The notes: generated from the letters alone by a model not told the origin. A stretch of 64,000 nucleotides of DNA from Candidatus Binatia bacterium (GCA_963664395.2 OY761159.2:2720001-2784000), one strand, 5' to 3'. Shown: positions 27,108 to 37,474, numbered from the stretch's first letter. Translations and numbers: made by a program.

Positions 27108-30100
27108 TCACTGTAGCTCGGTAATGACAAAATTCTGCGAAGCCTGTTGCCATTCAACAATGACATTCGTTCCCTGCTTTGGAAAATTCGGTAGCCTATA
27201 GGTTCCGCTGACTCCAGTCAGAAACTCCGTTCCTAGCGTTGTCACGGTAAACCTTGCCCGGCCAAACTCCCGGCCATCGGCTAAGGCACGCACCGTATGG
27301 GTTCCGTCACCCAGCAGAGTTCCAGTTAAACAGCAGGCCAAAGCCATTATTCGTATCGCCACAGACCCCCGCCGTGTCGCTACGAATGGTCCCATAGCCG
27401 GCCTTCAAGGTCAGGCGAGCATTGATTTCGATCTCGACCTTCTGGGCGTCACACACCCAGCCGGAGAACAGGCCGATCCCGCTCTGAAACGAGCTGGGGG
27501 AGGGATTTTCTAAGGTGCCACGCGGACCGCCGGTCGCGGCTTGCGTGAGGGTGGCGTTTGCCGGGCTCACGACGCTGCTCAGCGCGGGGTGTCGGGACTC
27601 GGTAATCACGAAGTTCTGCGACGCCTGTTGCCAGTCAATCCGAACATTCTGATTAGCGTGTGGAAAATCGCCTAAGGTGTAGGCTCCGCTGGCTCCGGTC
27701 AGGAACTCTGTTCCCAGCGTTGTCACGGTAAACCTGGCTCTGCCGAACTCGACCCCATCGGCCAGGGCACGCACCGTATGCGTGCCATCTCCCAGTAGAT
27801 TCCAATTGAAGAGGAGTGCAAAGCCGTTATTGCTATCTCCACAAACGCTAGTCGTGTCGCTCCGAATGGTCCCGTACGCGGCATTCAGTCGTGTCGTCCC
27901 GTTAATTTCAATTTCAACTCTTTGAGCGTCACACACCCAGCCGGAGAACAGCCCGATCCCGCTCTGGAATGAGCCTGCTCCCGGATTCTCTAACACGCCA
28001 GTGAGGTTCGAGCGAGAACTCGGACGGCGGTAGATCACGCCATAATTAGCGTTCTCCAACCACATTGATGCTTGACCCTGTGGCGTAATATGATCGGCGG
28101 CTAATGGCTGTCTGAACAGGGAAAACCCGCTCGAAACACTCGGGTCGCGTTGTGTGAACACAAGTGCCGAATCGTCGCCAGTGTACCCAGGCACGCTAAA
28201 GTCGCCAGTGACTGTCGCAATAGGCGCGGTCTCTCCGGTATTCAGATCGGCAGCATAGACAGTCGATTGATTCCGGGCCTCATCAAAGACATCAAAGGTC
28301 AGAAAATTATCGCTGTTTTGGCTCAGGGCGGGAAAGCCAATATTAAGACCACGGATGGGTGGAATCAGAGCCAAGTTCGTTCCTGTTTTAAGATTCAAGG
28401 CGTACAGGCTCCATTGTCTCAGCCGAGAGCCATCGCTGAAGGCCACAGCATTGAGGGCATCGTAGACCAGCCACTGCCCGTCGAGTGTGAAGTCCATGGC
28501 GTCGGCCTGAAGGATGGTGTTTGTTCCAGGACCGTCATACGCCGGCGCCCTCAGGGTGAAAGTCTTCGGCTCATCCGCCCCCAAATCAATAACGCTGATC
28601 CTGTTATCCGAGTTGCCCTGAGCATCCAGAAGAACAAATCCAAACAACTGGCTATCGGGCGACATGGCAACAGAATGGACCAGGCCAGGGTATCCGAGAC
28701 AGCTTTCCCCGCTACTATCGGTGCTGACGAGGCAGACATCATTTTGGGCATTGACAAAGACGGCCAATTCGCCGTTGCGGGAGACGGAGGGACGGGCGGC
28801 AGCCACGATAGCATTGGCAAGTTGAGAGCCGTGTGCTTCGTCGCCGTGAGCGTCTTCGCGTCGCCCCAGCCGGAAATTGCCGAATTCGTCCCGATACACG
28901 AAAAGGGTGGAATCCGGCCCTCGAACGCTGGGGATAGCCGGTGGGTCCGGTGTGGGCGGAGCAGAGTCGGAAATCTCGACCGCATCAAACGCCTCGGCCG
29001 TTTTCCGGGCTTGGATTGATTCCGAACCAAAGAGTTCTTCCGCAGCTTGAATACAGGCCAGGCGGGCGTCAACAAACTGCGAATTTCGGACCAGATGGAC
29101 GGTCAGTGCGCGGTAGAAAATCCGCTCGGCATCGCGCAGGCCAATGGCTCCGTCGAGGCCGGCTGCGAGCAAATAAAAAGCTCGGTTGGGAATACTGCTG
29201 TTGAAGTGAACGCCGCCCTCGTCCTCTTGCGTATAAATAAACTCGCTCATTTTAGTTGGATACGGTCTGTGGCCGTCGAAGGCGAGAGCGGCGGGGTTCT
29301 TCATATTGCGTACCGGTGTGCCTAGCTGCTGGCCAACAAGCCAGTCCGGCCTGCCTGCGGTCCGGGCTTCGATCATCTCACCAAAGATGTCTGCAAACGA
29401 CTCGTTCAGCGCACCAGGCTGGTTTTGATAGATCAGATTCGCCGAGTACTGGATGACAGCGTGGGTCAATTCGTGGCCGACCACATCGAGCGCCCCGGCA
29501 AATGGGAGCCCATCACCAAATCCCAGCACGGAGCCATCCCAGAATGCATTGTACCGAGACTCTCCACCGATACGCACAATCGCTGGAATCGTCGCGCCCT
29601 GACCATCAAACGAACTCCGGTTGTGCCGCTCACGGTAATAGTCGTAGGCTTGAGAGAGATTGTACGACGCACTGACTGCATCGGGCAGCCAACCCGAGGT
29701 TGGGCTGGACGACCAGATGAGAGGGTATAATGGCGTTAAGGTCGGCAGGAATTCCAGGTTCAGCGCATCGCGGACCCAAATAACGCCACTCTCATCTAGA
29801 GGGTTGAACATCGGCTTACTGGTATTGACCATCCAAAAAAGACCGCTCTCCTGCCAGACGTTGAGCCGCCGGGTCCGGCCGAACAGGTCCACGCCCGAGC
29901 CCGCAACCTGCTGGTGCATGACCAGACTATAGGCGGTCAGTTCGGCGCCGTTGACGGCATCAATGACCACCAGCCAACGGGAGGTCAAATCGATGGCCAA
30001 CTCCAACTTCCAGGCCAGTCGGGGCGGGGTGTCGCCCGGCGCATAGATGATGAGCTCGGAGGCGCTGACCTCGGCTTTCGCCCCGTCAGTCAGCCCGGTT

Positions 30101-30810
30101 CGGGCGTACTCGGCTGCGGCCGCTTCGTCGAGAACAGGAGCAGTCCCGAGCTTTTTGGGCGTGGGCACGAACGCCCCATTCATCACATCGACATGGCCCT
30201 CCGGGCTGAGGTGCACGATCACATCGGCCGGCCAGACGGGCACGCCTCGATACTCCTGCTGAAAGCGCAGATGCGTCCGGCCAAGCTCGTCGGTGTGCCG
30301 ATGGACCAGGACAAGTTCGGCGTGCGGGTCGTCCAGACGCAGCAGGTCGCAATTCGTGCGTAGAAACGTCCGGGCGGTCGTGAGCTGCGGATCGCTCCCT
30401 GTGGAAAAACCGTACTGGGCGCGCTGTAAAACCTCGCCCTTGATCTGGCGCGGCGTTCCGGCCAGAGGGCGCACGACCACCGAAACCTCACCGGGACAAC
30501 GGGTCTCAAGCTCGGACAGAGCTTGGCTCTGCTCGGGAGTAAGCTGGGGGGTGAATGGTGCCGCCGCTTGGAGGTCGGCCAGACGTTGGCGGAGACGCTC
30601 AGCCAACTCTGCCGCCCGCGGGTCCGGGTCAACTTCTAATGGCTCGCTCGCCGGAGCCAGCGTGTTGGGCTGAAACAGCGGATAGAGACGCAACGCCGGG
30701 GTATCGCCGCCGGCCAGATTCCGACTCAGCAGGAGAATCGCCAGCAGAACGATGCCACAGCCAAACGCTCTTCTCAGGTGCCCCTGACGCTGTTTCCGAC
30801 GAGCAGTCAT
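27108..30810 (-). CDS. M4 (thermolysin-like) metallopeptidase: signal-FTP-PepSY-M4-propeller-like-2x LENP module; +1 frameshift at ~27318 in the last module
   Basis: HLRFQQEYRGVPV (FTP), IDAVNG (PepSY), NAFWDG, GHELTH, GALNESFAD, GGVHFNS. ORF 27108-27395 continues the last module in another frame. Confidence 0.9.
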
Positions 30811-31574
30811 AGCCTTTTGTTCTGTATGGCTGACAGTTGTTGCAGTATGGTGCCCGTCTGAGCATCAATCATCATCTCCCACCCTTCGGCCAAACTCAGA
30901 AGAGCCAGAACGCGATAGGCCAGACGTGGAGCTTTGCCTTCCGCCGCAAAGATCACGAGTGCAGCCTGACATTTGAGACATCCGGCGAGGGGTTTTCCCA
31001 GATGATTCGCGGCCCGTTGCAGGGCAGCCTGGTTTGTCAGGCTTGGGTCGATAGACAGATTGTGCGGAGTTGGAATATAGCGCCCCTGGATGAGGTAGAC
31101 CTGCCTGTCGGCGTTGAGGTGGACAAGCAGCTCGGCGGCCCAGACCGGAACGTCGTGAAAGGTCTGCTGGAGGCGGACATGGGTCAGCCCCAGATTGTCG
31201 GTCTTGACTGATTGCAGCTGTAGTTCGTCGGCTGGCTGAGTGAGCCGGAAATCAGCCCGGTAGGCGTGAATGAACGCGCGGGCAAGGTCTCCAAATTGAT
31301 TGTTTGCTTGCAGTTGGGCGAAATCTGGGTCGTGCTCCAGATGCTCGGAAAGATTAGGGGCTTTCAAAAAGGTGATCGTTCCCAGCCGCGGGTCACGCCG
31401 GATTTCCGTCCGCGCCGGAAAGGTGTTCACTGCTGCTGATAGCCGAGGGCTGCTTGGCTGCACTGGCATTGTGAGTGGTCGTTTTGGCTGAGCCTGTACG
31501 GCGCTACAGGCAATAACCGAAAGCGAGAGCACGAGAAGGACAGGCCGTGCTCTGGAATGGCATAGGGCCATCAA
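30807..31574 (-). CDS. stand-alone M4-propeptide (FTP+PepSY) protein, exported
   Basis: TDNLGLTHVRLQQTFHDVPV, RLAYRV..MIDAQTGTIL; no HExxH; 4-nt overlap with the peptidase start. Confidence 0.85.
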   Translation of the reverse strand: MMALCHSRARPVLLVLSLSVIACSAVQAQPKRPLTMPVQPSSPRLSAAVNTFPARTEIRRDPRLGTITFLKAPNLSEHLEHDPDFAQLQANNQFGDLARAFIHAYRADFRLTQPADELQLQSVKTDNLGLTHVRLQQTFHDVPVWAAELLVHLNADRQVYLIQGRYIPTPHNLSIDPSLTNQAALQRAANHLGKPLAGCLKCQAALVIFAAEGKAPRLAYRVLALLSLAEGWEMMIDAQTGTILQQLSAIQNKRL

Positions 31575-31588
31575 TTATTTGCACCCGA

Positions 31589-32050
31589 CTACTCAAAGCC
31601 GACAATGCGAACGTCTTCGAGTCGAAACTCGCCGTCACGCTGCGCGTACCAGCCGGTGAGTTCAAGCGGGGTGCCGGGCTGGGCCTGGGCAATTTTTGCG
31701 AGTGTGTCTCGCGGGCCGGTCACATCAAGGTCGGCTTTTCGCTTGCCAGCCCGGTGCAGGAAAATTTGACGTGGAGTGAGTTGGGGTGAATTCGGTGCGC
31801 TGACATTCGTGACTTCGAGCTGGAAGTCGCCCCGATAGCCGGTGACGCCAAGCTGAATGACTGCCAAGGCATCCGGGGCCGGGTCGGTATTCAGAAAACC
31901 GGTAACCACGACCTTAAAAGGAAAACGCCGGGTCTTGGCCGAGGGGCGATCCCCGCCCACGCCCGCCCCACCTTGTGCCAGGACAGACGCTGTGGGCAGC
32001 AGGCTCAGGCAACAGACGAGCAGCAGCGCTTTCAGAATAAGGTGAGACAT
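31589..32050 (-). CDS. hypothetical exported protein
   Basis: GGAGG RBS; signal peptide ending ASVLA; beta-rich. Confidence 0.7.
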   Translation of the reverse strand: MSHLILKALLLVCCLSLLPTASVLAQGGAGVGGDRPSAKTRRFPFKVVVTGFLNTDPAPDALAVIQLGVTGYRGDFQLEVTNVSAPNSPQLTPRQIFLHRAGKRKADLDVTGPRDTLAKIAQAQPGTPLELTGWYAQRDGEFRLEDVRIVGFE

Positions 32051-32060
32051 GCAAACCTCC

Positions 32061-32552
32061 TCACGCGGTGCTTTTTTGAATGGACCGGGCTAACAAATCG
32101 AGGGCCGTGTGAGTGAACGCCCACATGTTCGCTTCCCGATCCGGGCTTCCGGTCTCTAATGTCAACGTTTCTTCAACTGGCCCTGTTACCGCAAAACAGG
32201 CATGTCCGGCAGCGTCACCATAGCTGTTACCGGTTGGTCCGGTGGCTCCTGTTTCACTCAGTCCCCAGGTCGTCTCAAAACGCTCCCGCACCTGACGAGC
32301 AAGACGCAGCGCATACTCCTCAGTACTCGCTCGCACGCCCTCAAGCGCTTCGTCAGGCATCGCCAGAAGTGACCGCCGCGCCTCATGGGTATAGATCACC
32401 CCGCCGCCCAGGAAATACGCCGACGCTCCGGGCACTGTCAAGAGTGCCGCCGAAATCAAACCTCCGGCTGAGGATTCGGCCACCGCAATCGTGTGTGTAT
32501 GTGTCTTGAGAAGCTCGCCAACCGTACGGCCTAATGTCGTTAAATTTTTCAT
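32061..32552 (-). CDS. CinA C-terminal / PncC (NMN deamidase)-like protein
   Basis: IAVAESSAGGLI, PGASAYFLGGGVIY, SETGATGP. Confidence 0.88.
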   Translation of the reverse strand: MKNLTTLGRTVGELLKTHTHTIAVAESSAGGLISAALLTVPGASAYFLGGGVIYTHEARRSLLAMPDEALEGVRASTEEYALRLARQVRERFETTWGLSETGATGPTGNSYGDAAGHACFAVTGPVEETLTLETGSPDREANMWAFTHTALDLLARSIQKSTA

Positions 32553-32609
32553 AGCGCCCTTTTACTGTGAGTAGAGAGGAATAAAAAGCCCAGGAGGGCA
32601 AAGGTATAT

Positions 32610-33575
32610 TCAGGCAGTGGGCGTTGTCTTTCTTGCGCTTTTCTTTGCCGCTCGGTCCAACCACGTCAACGCCGCGTCAATAAACGGCGGCAGGCTTTTG
32701 TACAGCCGTACTGGCAACGGAAGGGCGCGCAGGGCGGCGGCAAGCTGGGCGGCGCGGTCTGGCTGGGTGGCAATGTGAGCGAGGGGTGTGACGTAGACGC
32801 GGATGGTGAACAGGATGTCTTTTGTTTGCGGCAGACGGCGGAGGGTCTGGCGTTCCATTCGCAGCCAGAGGGTGTCCCCGGCATTCTCTGGCGTGATGGC
32901 AGCGTTGACCCCTTTTCGACCATGCCCGGTCGGCTGAAAAAGGGTCGGGTCGTCCATGAGGCTCCAATTGAGCCGCCAGACTGGCTTATCGACTTTCAGC
33001 CGCTCAAAAAACTTGTCCATAGTTGGGGCGAGCTGGTCTGCATAGCCGGGAATCGGGGCGTGAATCGTATTGAGTGGCTTGCCAATTTTGTCCGTCAAGC
33101 GCCAGCGTGTCGGAAAGCATAAAGACGCGCCGACCAGGTGGTAGACCTGGGTGTGCGCCTGCCACTGCATGAGACACATATCCTCTTGGACAAGCCGGCC
33201 GGCCAGGTCGAGTGGATGCAGGCTCGTGGTGTGAATCTCCCACTGCTGGCCTGTGGCAAGATTCTCGATCCGGTCTCCACTTCTTCCACTTCTTCCACTT
33301 CTTTTGTACATCTCCGGAAATCGAGTCGGGAGATGCTCAACGAGCAACGCCAAAACTTCGGCTGAACTCGGCGCTGCCTCAGGCAGGGCGGCAAAGACCT
33401 CGCCGTAACGTTCGGTCAGGAGGCGTTCTTTCTCTTTGAGTTCTCCGGCGAAATGTGTATCAGATTCGATCCAGTCGTTGAGGTCGAGCGGCATGAGCCC
33501 CATTGAGAGCCGAAACGGTCCGGCCTTGAATGGGGCGTAGTCAGGTGGAGACACATGTGAGGCTGGAGTTGTCAT
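32610..33575 (-). CDS. heme-dependent oxidative N-demethylase alpha-subunit-like (DUF3445)
   Basis: LVQEDMCLM, LCFPTRW, IHAPIP, WRLNW, LRMERQTLRRLP, LFTIR. Confidence 0.85.
   Translation of the reverse strand: MTTPASHVSPPDYAPFKAGPFRLSMGLMPLDLNDWIESDTHFAGELKEKERLLTERYGEVFAALPEAAPSSAEVLALLVEHLPTRFPEMYKRSGRSGRSGDRIENLATGQQWEIHTTSLHPLDLAGRLVQEDMCLMQWQAHTQVYHLVGASLCFPTRWRLTDKIGKPLNTIHAPIPGYADQLAPTMDKFFERLKVDKPVWRLNWSLMDDPTLFQPTGHGRKGVNAAITPENAGDTLWLRMERQTLRRLPQTKDILFTIRVYVTPLAHIATQPDRAAQLAAALRALPLPVRLYKSLPPFIDAALTWLDRAAKKSARKTTPTA
33276..33302 (+). repeat. 3 x 9-bp in-frame repeat TCCACTTCT (RSG x3 on minus strand)
   Basis: Directly visible. Confidence 0.9.
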
Positions 33576-34966
33576 CAGTCTGCTACCGGAGCTGCTGCCT
33601 GCTCTTTTTTCTTACGCTGCGCCGCGAAAATATCAATCTCCTGCCATATGTCCCGGGAGAATCGCCACCACAGGCCAAAGCCAAACAGGGAGACGTTGAT
33701 GGTGCCGGCCATCCACGGTCCCAGGGATTCGAGATGGGTAAAGAGCACGGAACCAAGGCTGAGCGGCGTGAATACACACAATAAAAGCGTGACAGTCAGG
33801 CCGGCAATCCAATGCGTGTCTCCCGCACCACGCAGGGCTCCGGCAAAGGTAATGCCCATACCATCAAAAACTTGAAGCAGGGCGGCGCATATCAGTAAGG
33901 TGCTGCCGATCTGGATGACGGTCGGATCTTGGCTGAAAAAACCGATGAAAGAGAAGCGAAACAGGAAATAGCACATGCCCATCAGAGCCATATAGGACAT
34001 GGCCAAAAAGAAGGCTTCATACACGCGTTGTACGGCCAGCTCAGGCTTTCCTTCTCCAATATAGCGGCCAACCAGCGCGGTCAGCGCTTGGCCGAGTCCA
34101 AGCGCCGGCATGAATGAGACCGTCATGTATTGAATAGCGATATTACTGGCGGCCAAGTGCTGCTTGCCAAACTGGCCAACCATTAAGATGATTAATACGC
34201 CCCAGCCCAAGACATCCAGGGCCATTTGCGTCCCAGCCGGCCAGCCAATGTGCAGTAACTGGCGGGCGGATGTCCAGCACGGCTTCCAGCCCGCTCGCGT
34301 GGTAAACCGGGCTGCGTAAGACTGGGAGAGGAACACCCAGAAGAGCACCGTAAATTGCACGATAAAGCTCAACACCATAGCCAGGGCTGCCCCCCTGAGA
34401 CCCAGGGCCGGCACACCGAATTTTCCAAAGATCAAAGTATAGGCGAAAATGATGTTGGCGATATTGGCAATAACAGCGGCGCCTAGTGGGACCTTGGGCC
34501 TGTGCAGCCCGTAGAAGAATCCACTCAGCGCGCCGATGGCAACCGAAAAGCCGATACCCCAGAGCCGGACGCGGAAGTAGACGACTTCAAGCACAACAAT
34601 GTCCGGCTCATGTCCGAACAGGGAAAAGAAGTAGGGCGCCGCCGGCCACAAGGCAAAGACCACGAGGCCAACAAAGACACTCAAATACAGAGCCTGCCAG
34701 GCGACGACTGAACCTTCGTCCGGCGCACCCCGACCCAACGCCTGGGCGACAAAAGTACTGACACACTGCGTAATACCAAGTGGGAAGGCGGTGAGGGTAT
34801 AGGCGATCACTCCAGCCGGCATGGCTGCGGCGATTTCAGCCGTACCGACCTGGGCCACCATCCAGGTGTCAACAAAGCCGATCACCGTGAGCGAGGCCAT
34901 CGACATAATAATCGGGAAGGCAAATTGCAGGATTTCGTTGAGCCCGGTTCGGGTGGGAATAAACAT
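33575..34966 (-). CDS. MATE family efflux transporter
   Basis: FVDTWMVAQVG, FGVPALGLRGAALA, GALRGAGDT; ~12 TMs; TGATG overlap with the next gene. Confidence 0.92.
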   Translation of the reverse strand: MFIPTRTGLNEILQFAFPIIMSMASLTVIGFVDTWMVAQVGTAEIAAAMPAGVIAYTLTAFPLGITQCVSTFVAQALGRGAPDEGSVVAWQALYLSVFVGLVVFALWPAAPYFFSLFGHEPDIVVLEVVYFRVRLWGIGFSVAIGALSGFFYGLHRPKVPLGAAVIANIANIIFAYTLIFGKFGVPALGLRGAALAMVLSFIVQFTVLFWVFLSQSYAARFTTRAGWKPCWTSARQLLHIGWPAGTQMALDVLGWGVLIILMVGQFGKQHLAASNIAIQYMTVSFMPALGLGQALTALVGRYIGEGKPELAVQRVYEAFFLAMSYMALMGMCYFLFRFSFIGFFSQDPTVIQIGSTLLICAALLQVFDGMGITFAGALRGAGDTHWIAGLTVTLLLCVFTPLSLGSVLFTHLESLGPWMAGTINVSLFGFGLWWRFSRDIWQEIDIFAAQRKKKEQAAAPVAD

Positions 34967-35027
34967 AACGGTTTGCAGTGAGAGAGGGTTTTGTATAGGC
35001 AGATGACAGTGTAATTTCCAGGTGTGT

Positions 35028-36251
35028 ATGGCAGACCAGTTTGACCTTATCATCATTGGCGGTGGAATCCTTGGCCTGGCCACTGCCCTGGACGTGACCC
35101 GCCAATACCCCAGGATCAAACTTGGGGTCCTCGAAAAAGAGGCTCGCCTGGCGGTGCATCAAACCGGGCATAACAGCGGGGTTATCCACTCCGGGATTTA
35201 TTATAAACCCGGCTCTCTCAAGGCCCGGACCTGCGTGATCGGCGGAAAGCTGTTGACCGAATTTTGTGAGCAACACGATATTCCTCATGAACGGTGTGGG
35301 AAAGTCGTTGTGGCAACGTCACAAGACGAACTCCCCCGGCTTGAGGAACTGCACCGGCGCGGCACGGCCAACGGGGTTGAGGGCCTGGAAATGATCGGAC
35401 CCGAGCGGCTGCGCGAACTCGAACCACATGCCGCCGGCATCCGCGCCTTATATGTCCCCCAAACAGGTATTATTGATTATGTGCGGGTAGCTGAGCAGTA
35501 TGCCGCTCTGGTTCAAGAAGCTGGGGGCGAGATTCAGTGTGCGCGACAGGTGCAGAACATTGTCTCGACTGATGGTCACCTGGTGGTGGAGACTTCCACG
35601 GGAGCTGTCCATACGCGGGCAGTCATTAACTGTGGCGGTCTCCAATGTGACCGGATTGCGCAGATGGCAGGCGCAGAGCCGGCACTGCAAATTGTTCCAT
35701 TCCGAGGTGAGTATTATACGATTGCACCACCCAAACACTCTTTGGTGAACAATCTCATCTATCCGGTTCCAGACCCGGCCTTTCCTTTTCTTGGCGTGCA
35801 TTTCACACGGACCATGGCTGGTGAAAGGGAAGCTGGTCCGAATGCGGTGTTGGCATTTGCCCGAGAGGGCTATCAGTGGGCAGACCTGGTCCCGCAAGAG
35901 TTATGGGAAACGTTGCGCTTCTCGGGTTTTCGGACGATAGCGCGCAAATATTGGCAGACTGGTCTTGGAGAAATATACCGCTCTTTGAATAAAGCCGCTT
36001 TTCTGCATGCCCTCCAGCGCCTTCTGCCGGAGCTTCAGGCACAAGACTTACTGCCGGGCGGCAGTGGCGTGCGTGCCCAAGCTATTTCAGCCGACGGTGC
36101 CTTGGTGGACGATTTTGTCATCACCAGCTCGCCGCATGCCGTCCATGTGCTGAATGCTCCCTCGCCAGGCGCAACCGCTTCGCTTGCCATCGGGCAGCAG
36201 ATTGTGAGGCAGGCTGCACAGGTGTTCTCGTGGAGGACGGAGCCGTCTTGA
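35028..36251 (+). CDS. lhgO: L-2-hydroxyglutarate oxidase
   Basis: IIGGGILG, HQTGHNSGVIHSGIYYKPGSLKA, YPVPDPAFPFLGVHFT, NAPSPGATASL. Confidence 0.93.
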   Translation: MADQFDLIIIGGGILGLATALDVTRQYPRIKLGVLEKEARLAVHQTGHNSGVIHSGIYYKPGSLKARTCVIGGKLLTEFCEQHDIPHERCGKVVVATSQDELPRLEELHRRGTANGVEGLEMIGPERLRELEPHAAGIRALYVPQTGIIDYVRVAEQYAALVQEAGGEIQCARQVQNIVSTDGHLVVETSTGAVHTRAVINCGGLQCDRIAQMAGAEPALQIVPFRGEYYTIAPPKHSLVNNLIYPVPDPAFPFLGVHFTRTMAGEREAGPNAVLAFAREGYQWADLVPQELWETLRFSGFRTIARKYWQTGLGEIYRSLNKAAFLHALQRLLPELQAQDLLPGGSGVRAQAISADGALVDDFVITSSPHAVHVLNAPSPGATASLAIGQQIVRQAAQVFSWRTEPS

Positions 36252-36320
36252 GAGGGGAGGGGAATACGAGCGGCGCACGTTCCATTGGTCTTGCACGTAT
36301 TCATGTATCAAGGTGGGGGG

Positions 36321-36824
36321 ATGTTGAGTCGAGTTTTTGTTGGTATCGGGTCCAATCTTGGCAACCGCCGGGCGTACTATCAAAAGGCGCTCGACATGAT
36401 TGCCGACCTGCCTCAGACGTCCATTGTGAAATGCTCTTCGTTGTATGAGAGCGAGCCTCTCGGGGATGCAAAGAACTGGTATATCAATGGCGTGATTGCA
36501 TTGGAGACCGAGTGTACCCCCCCGCAGCTCTTGAGTCGCCTGCAAAAAATCGAGTTGGCGCTAGGACGCAAGCGGACGGCTCAGACAAAAAAATGGGCGT
36601 CACGCACCATTGATCTCGATATCTTACTTTTTGACAATGACGTTGTGGATGAAAAGAAATTGAAGATCCCGCATCCCGAAATGCACCGGCGTCGGTTTGT
36701 CCTTTTACCCCTCTCTGAACTGGCTCCGCAGTGTGTTCACCCCCACCTCGGTTCGACCGTGACCGAACTCCTGGTCGGTCTTGTGGACGACAAACAGGTC
36801 CTGCGCTTGGCTTCAAACGGTTGA
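36321..36824 (+). CDS. folK: 2-amino-4-hydroxy-6-hydroxymethyldihydropteridine diphosphokinase
   Basis: IGSNLG, RTIDLDILLF, IPHPEMHRRRFVLLPL. Confidence 0.95.
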   Translation: MLSRVFVGIGSNLGNRRAYYQKALDMIADLPQTSIVKCSSLYESEPLGDAKNWYINGVIALETECTPPQLLSRLQKIELALGRKRTAQTKKWASRTIDLDILLFDNDVVDEKKLKIPHPEMHRRRFVLLPLSELAPQCVHPHLGSTVTELLVGLVDDKQVLRLASNG

Positions 36825-36876
36825 GCGAGAAAGGGCGGCAGATTGCTGGCAGAGGCCGCGTGTGACTGGAACCTGC

Positions 36877-37338
36877 TTATTCGGCAGCCAGGAGCGTCTC
36901 GACTCGCGCTGCCTGGTCTCGGACCGCCTGGGTCTGAGACCGAAAATGATCGAGGCTGCCAGGCTGAACGCGGAGTCGATCAGCCTCGGTGACGAGGCTT
37001 TCATACACATCCAGGAGCTGGTTAAAAGCGGTCAGCGAGGGCCGGTCGGCGTAGCGCTGGGCCACAATGCGGGAAAAGTCCCGCGCCCGTTCGAGCGGAT
37101 ACAAGAACTCGTTCATCATGACTGGGGCCAGCGTGTCGTTGTCTTCCAGGATCCGGTTCATTTTGTCGGTCATCGCACACATGAGTTCGATATGCGTGTG
37201 TACGAGTTTTTCGTACTTGAGCCAGTAGCATCCTCCCAGACTGCACGGCAGAATAAGACACAGCAGGATGCTGACTCGAACCAGCCGTTGGGGGGCGAGA
37301 GGCCGGGCTTGACGATTAGGAAACCAGCGGCCTAACAT
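36877..37338 (-). CDS. hypothetical lipoprotein
   Basis: Hydrophobic leader with LGG-C lipobox; start uncertain. Confidence 0.55.
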   Translation of the reverse strand: MLGRWFPNRQARPLAPQRLVRVSILLCLILPCSLGGCYWLKYEKLVHTHIELMCAMTDKMNRILEDNDTLAPVMMNEFLYPLERARDFSRIVAQRYADRPSLTAFNQLLDVYESLVTEADRLRVQPGSLDHFRSQTQAVRDQAARVETLLAAE

Positions 37339-37474
37339 AGTAGAAAAAGAATACTCCTGAGCATCACTCGAAGAATGATGCTCAGCTCTCGGTGTAGAGT
37401 GAAAATGAGGAAACGTACCAACATCTGCATGTCTGTTGATGGCACATTTACTCATTTCAAGTAAGTGGTCTTCC

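Noticed and set aside
28150-29019. 289-aa plus-strand ORF and other antisense ORFs within long genes
   Set aside because: They lie entirely opposite well-supported genes and have no motifs or RBS
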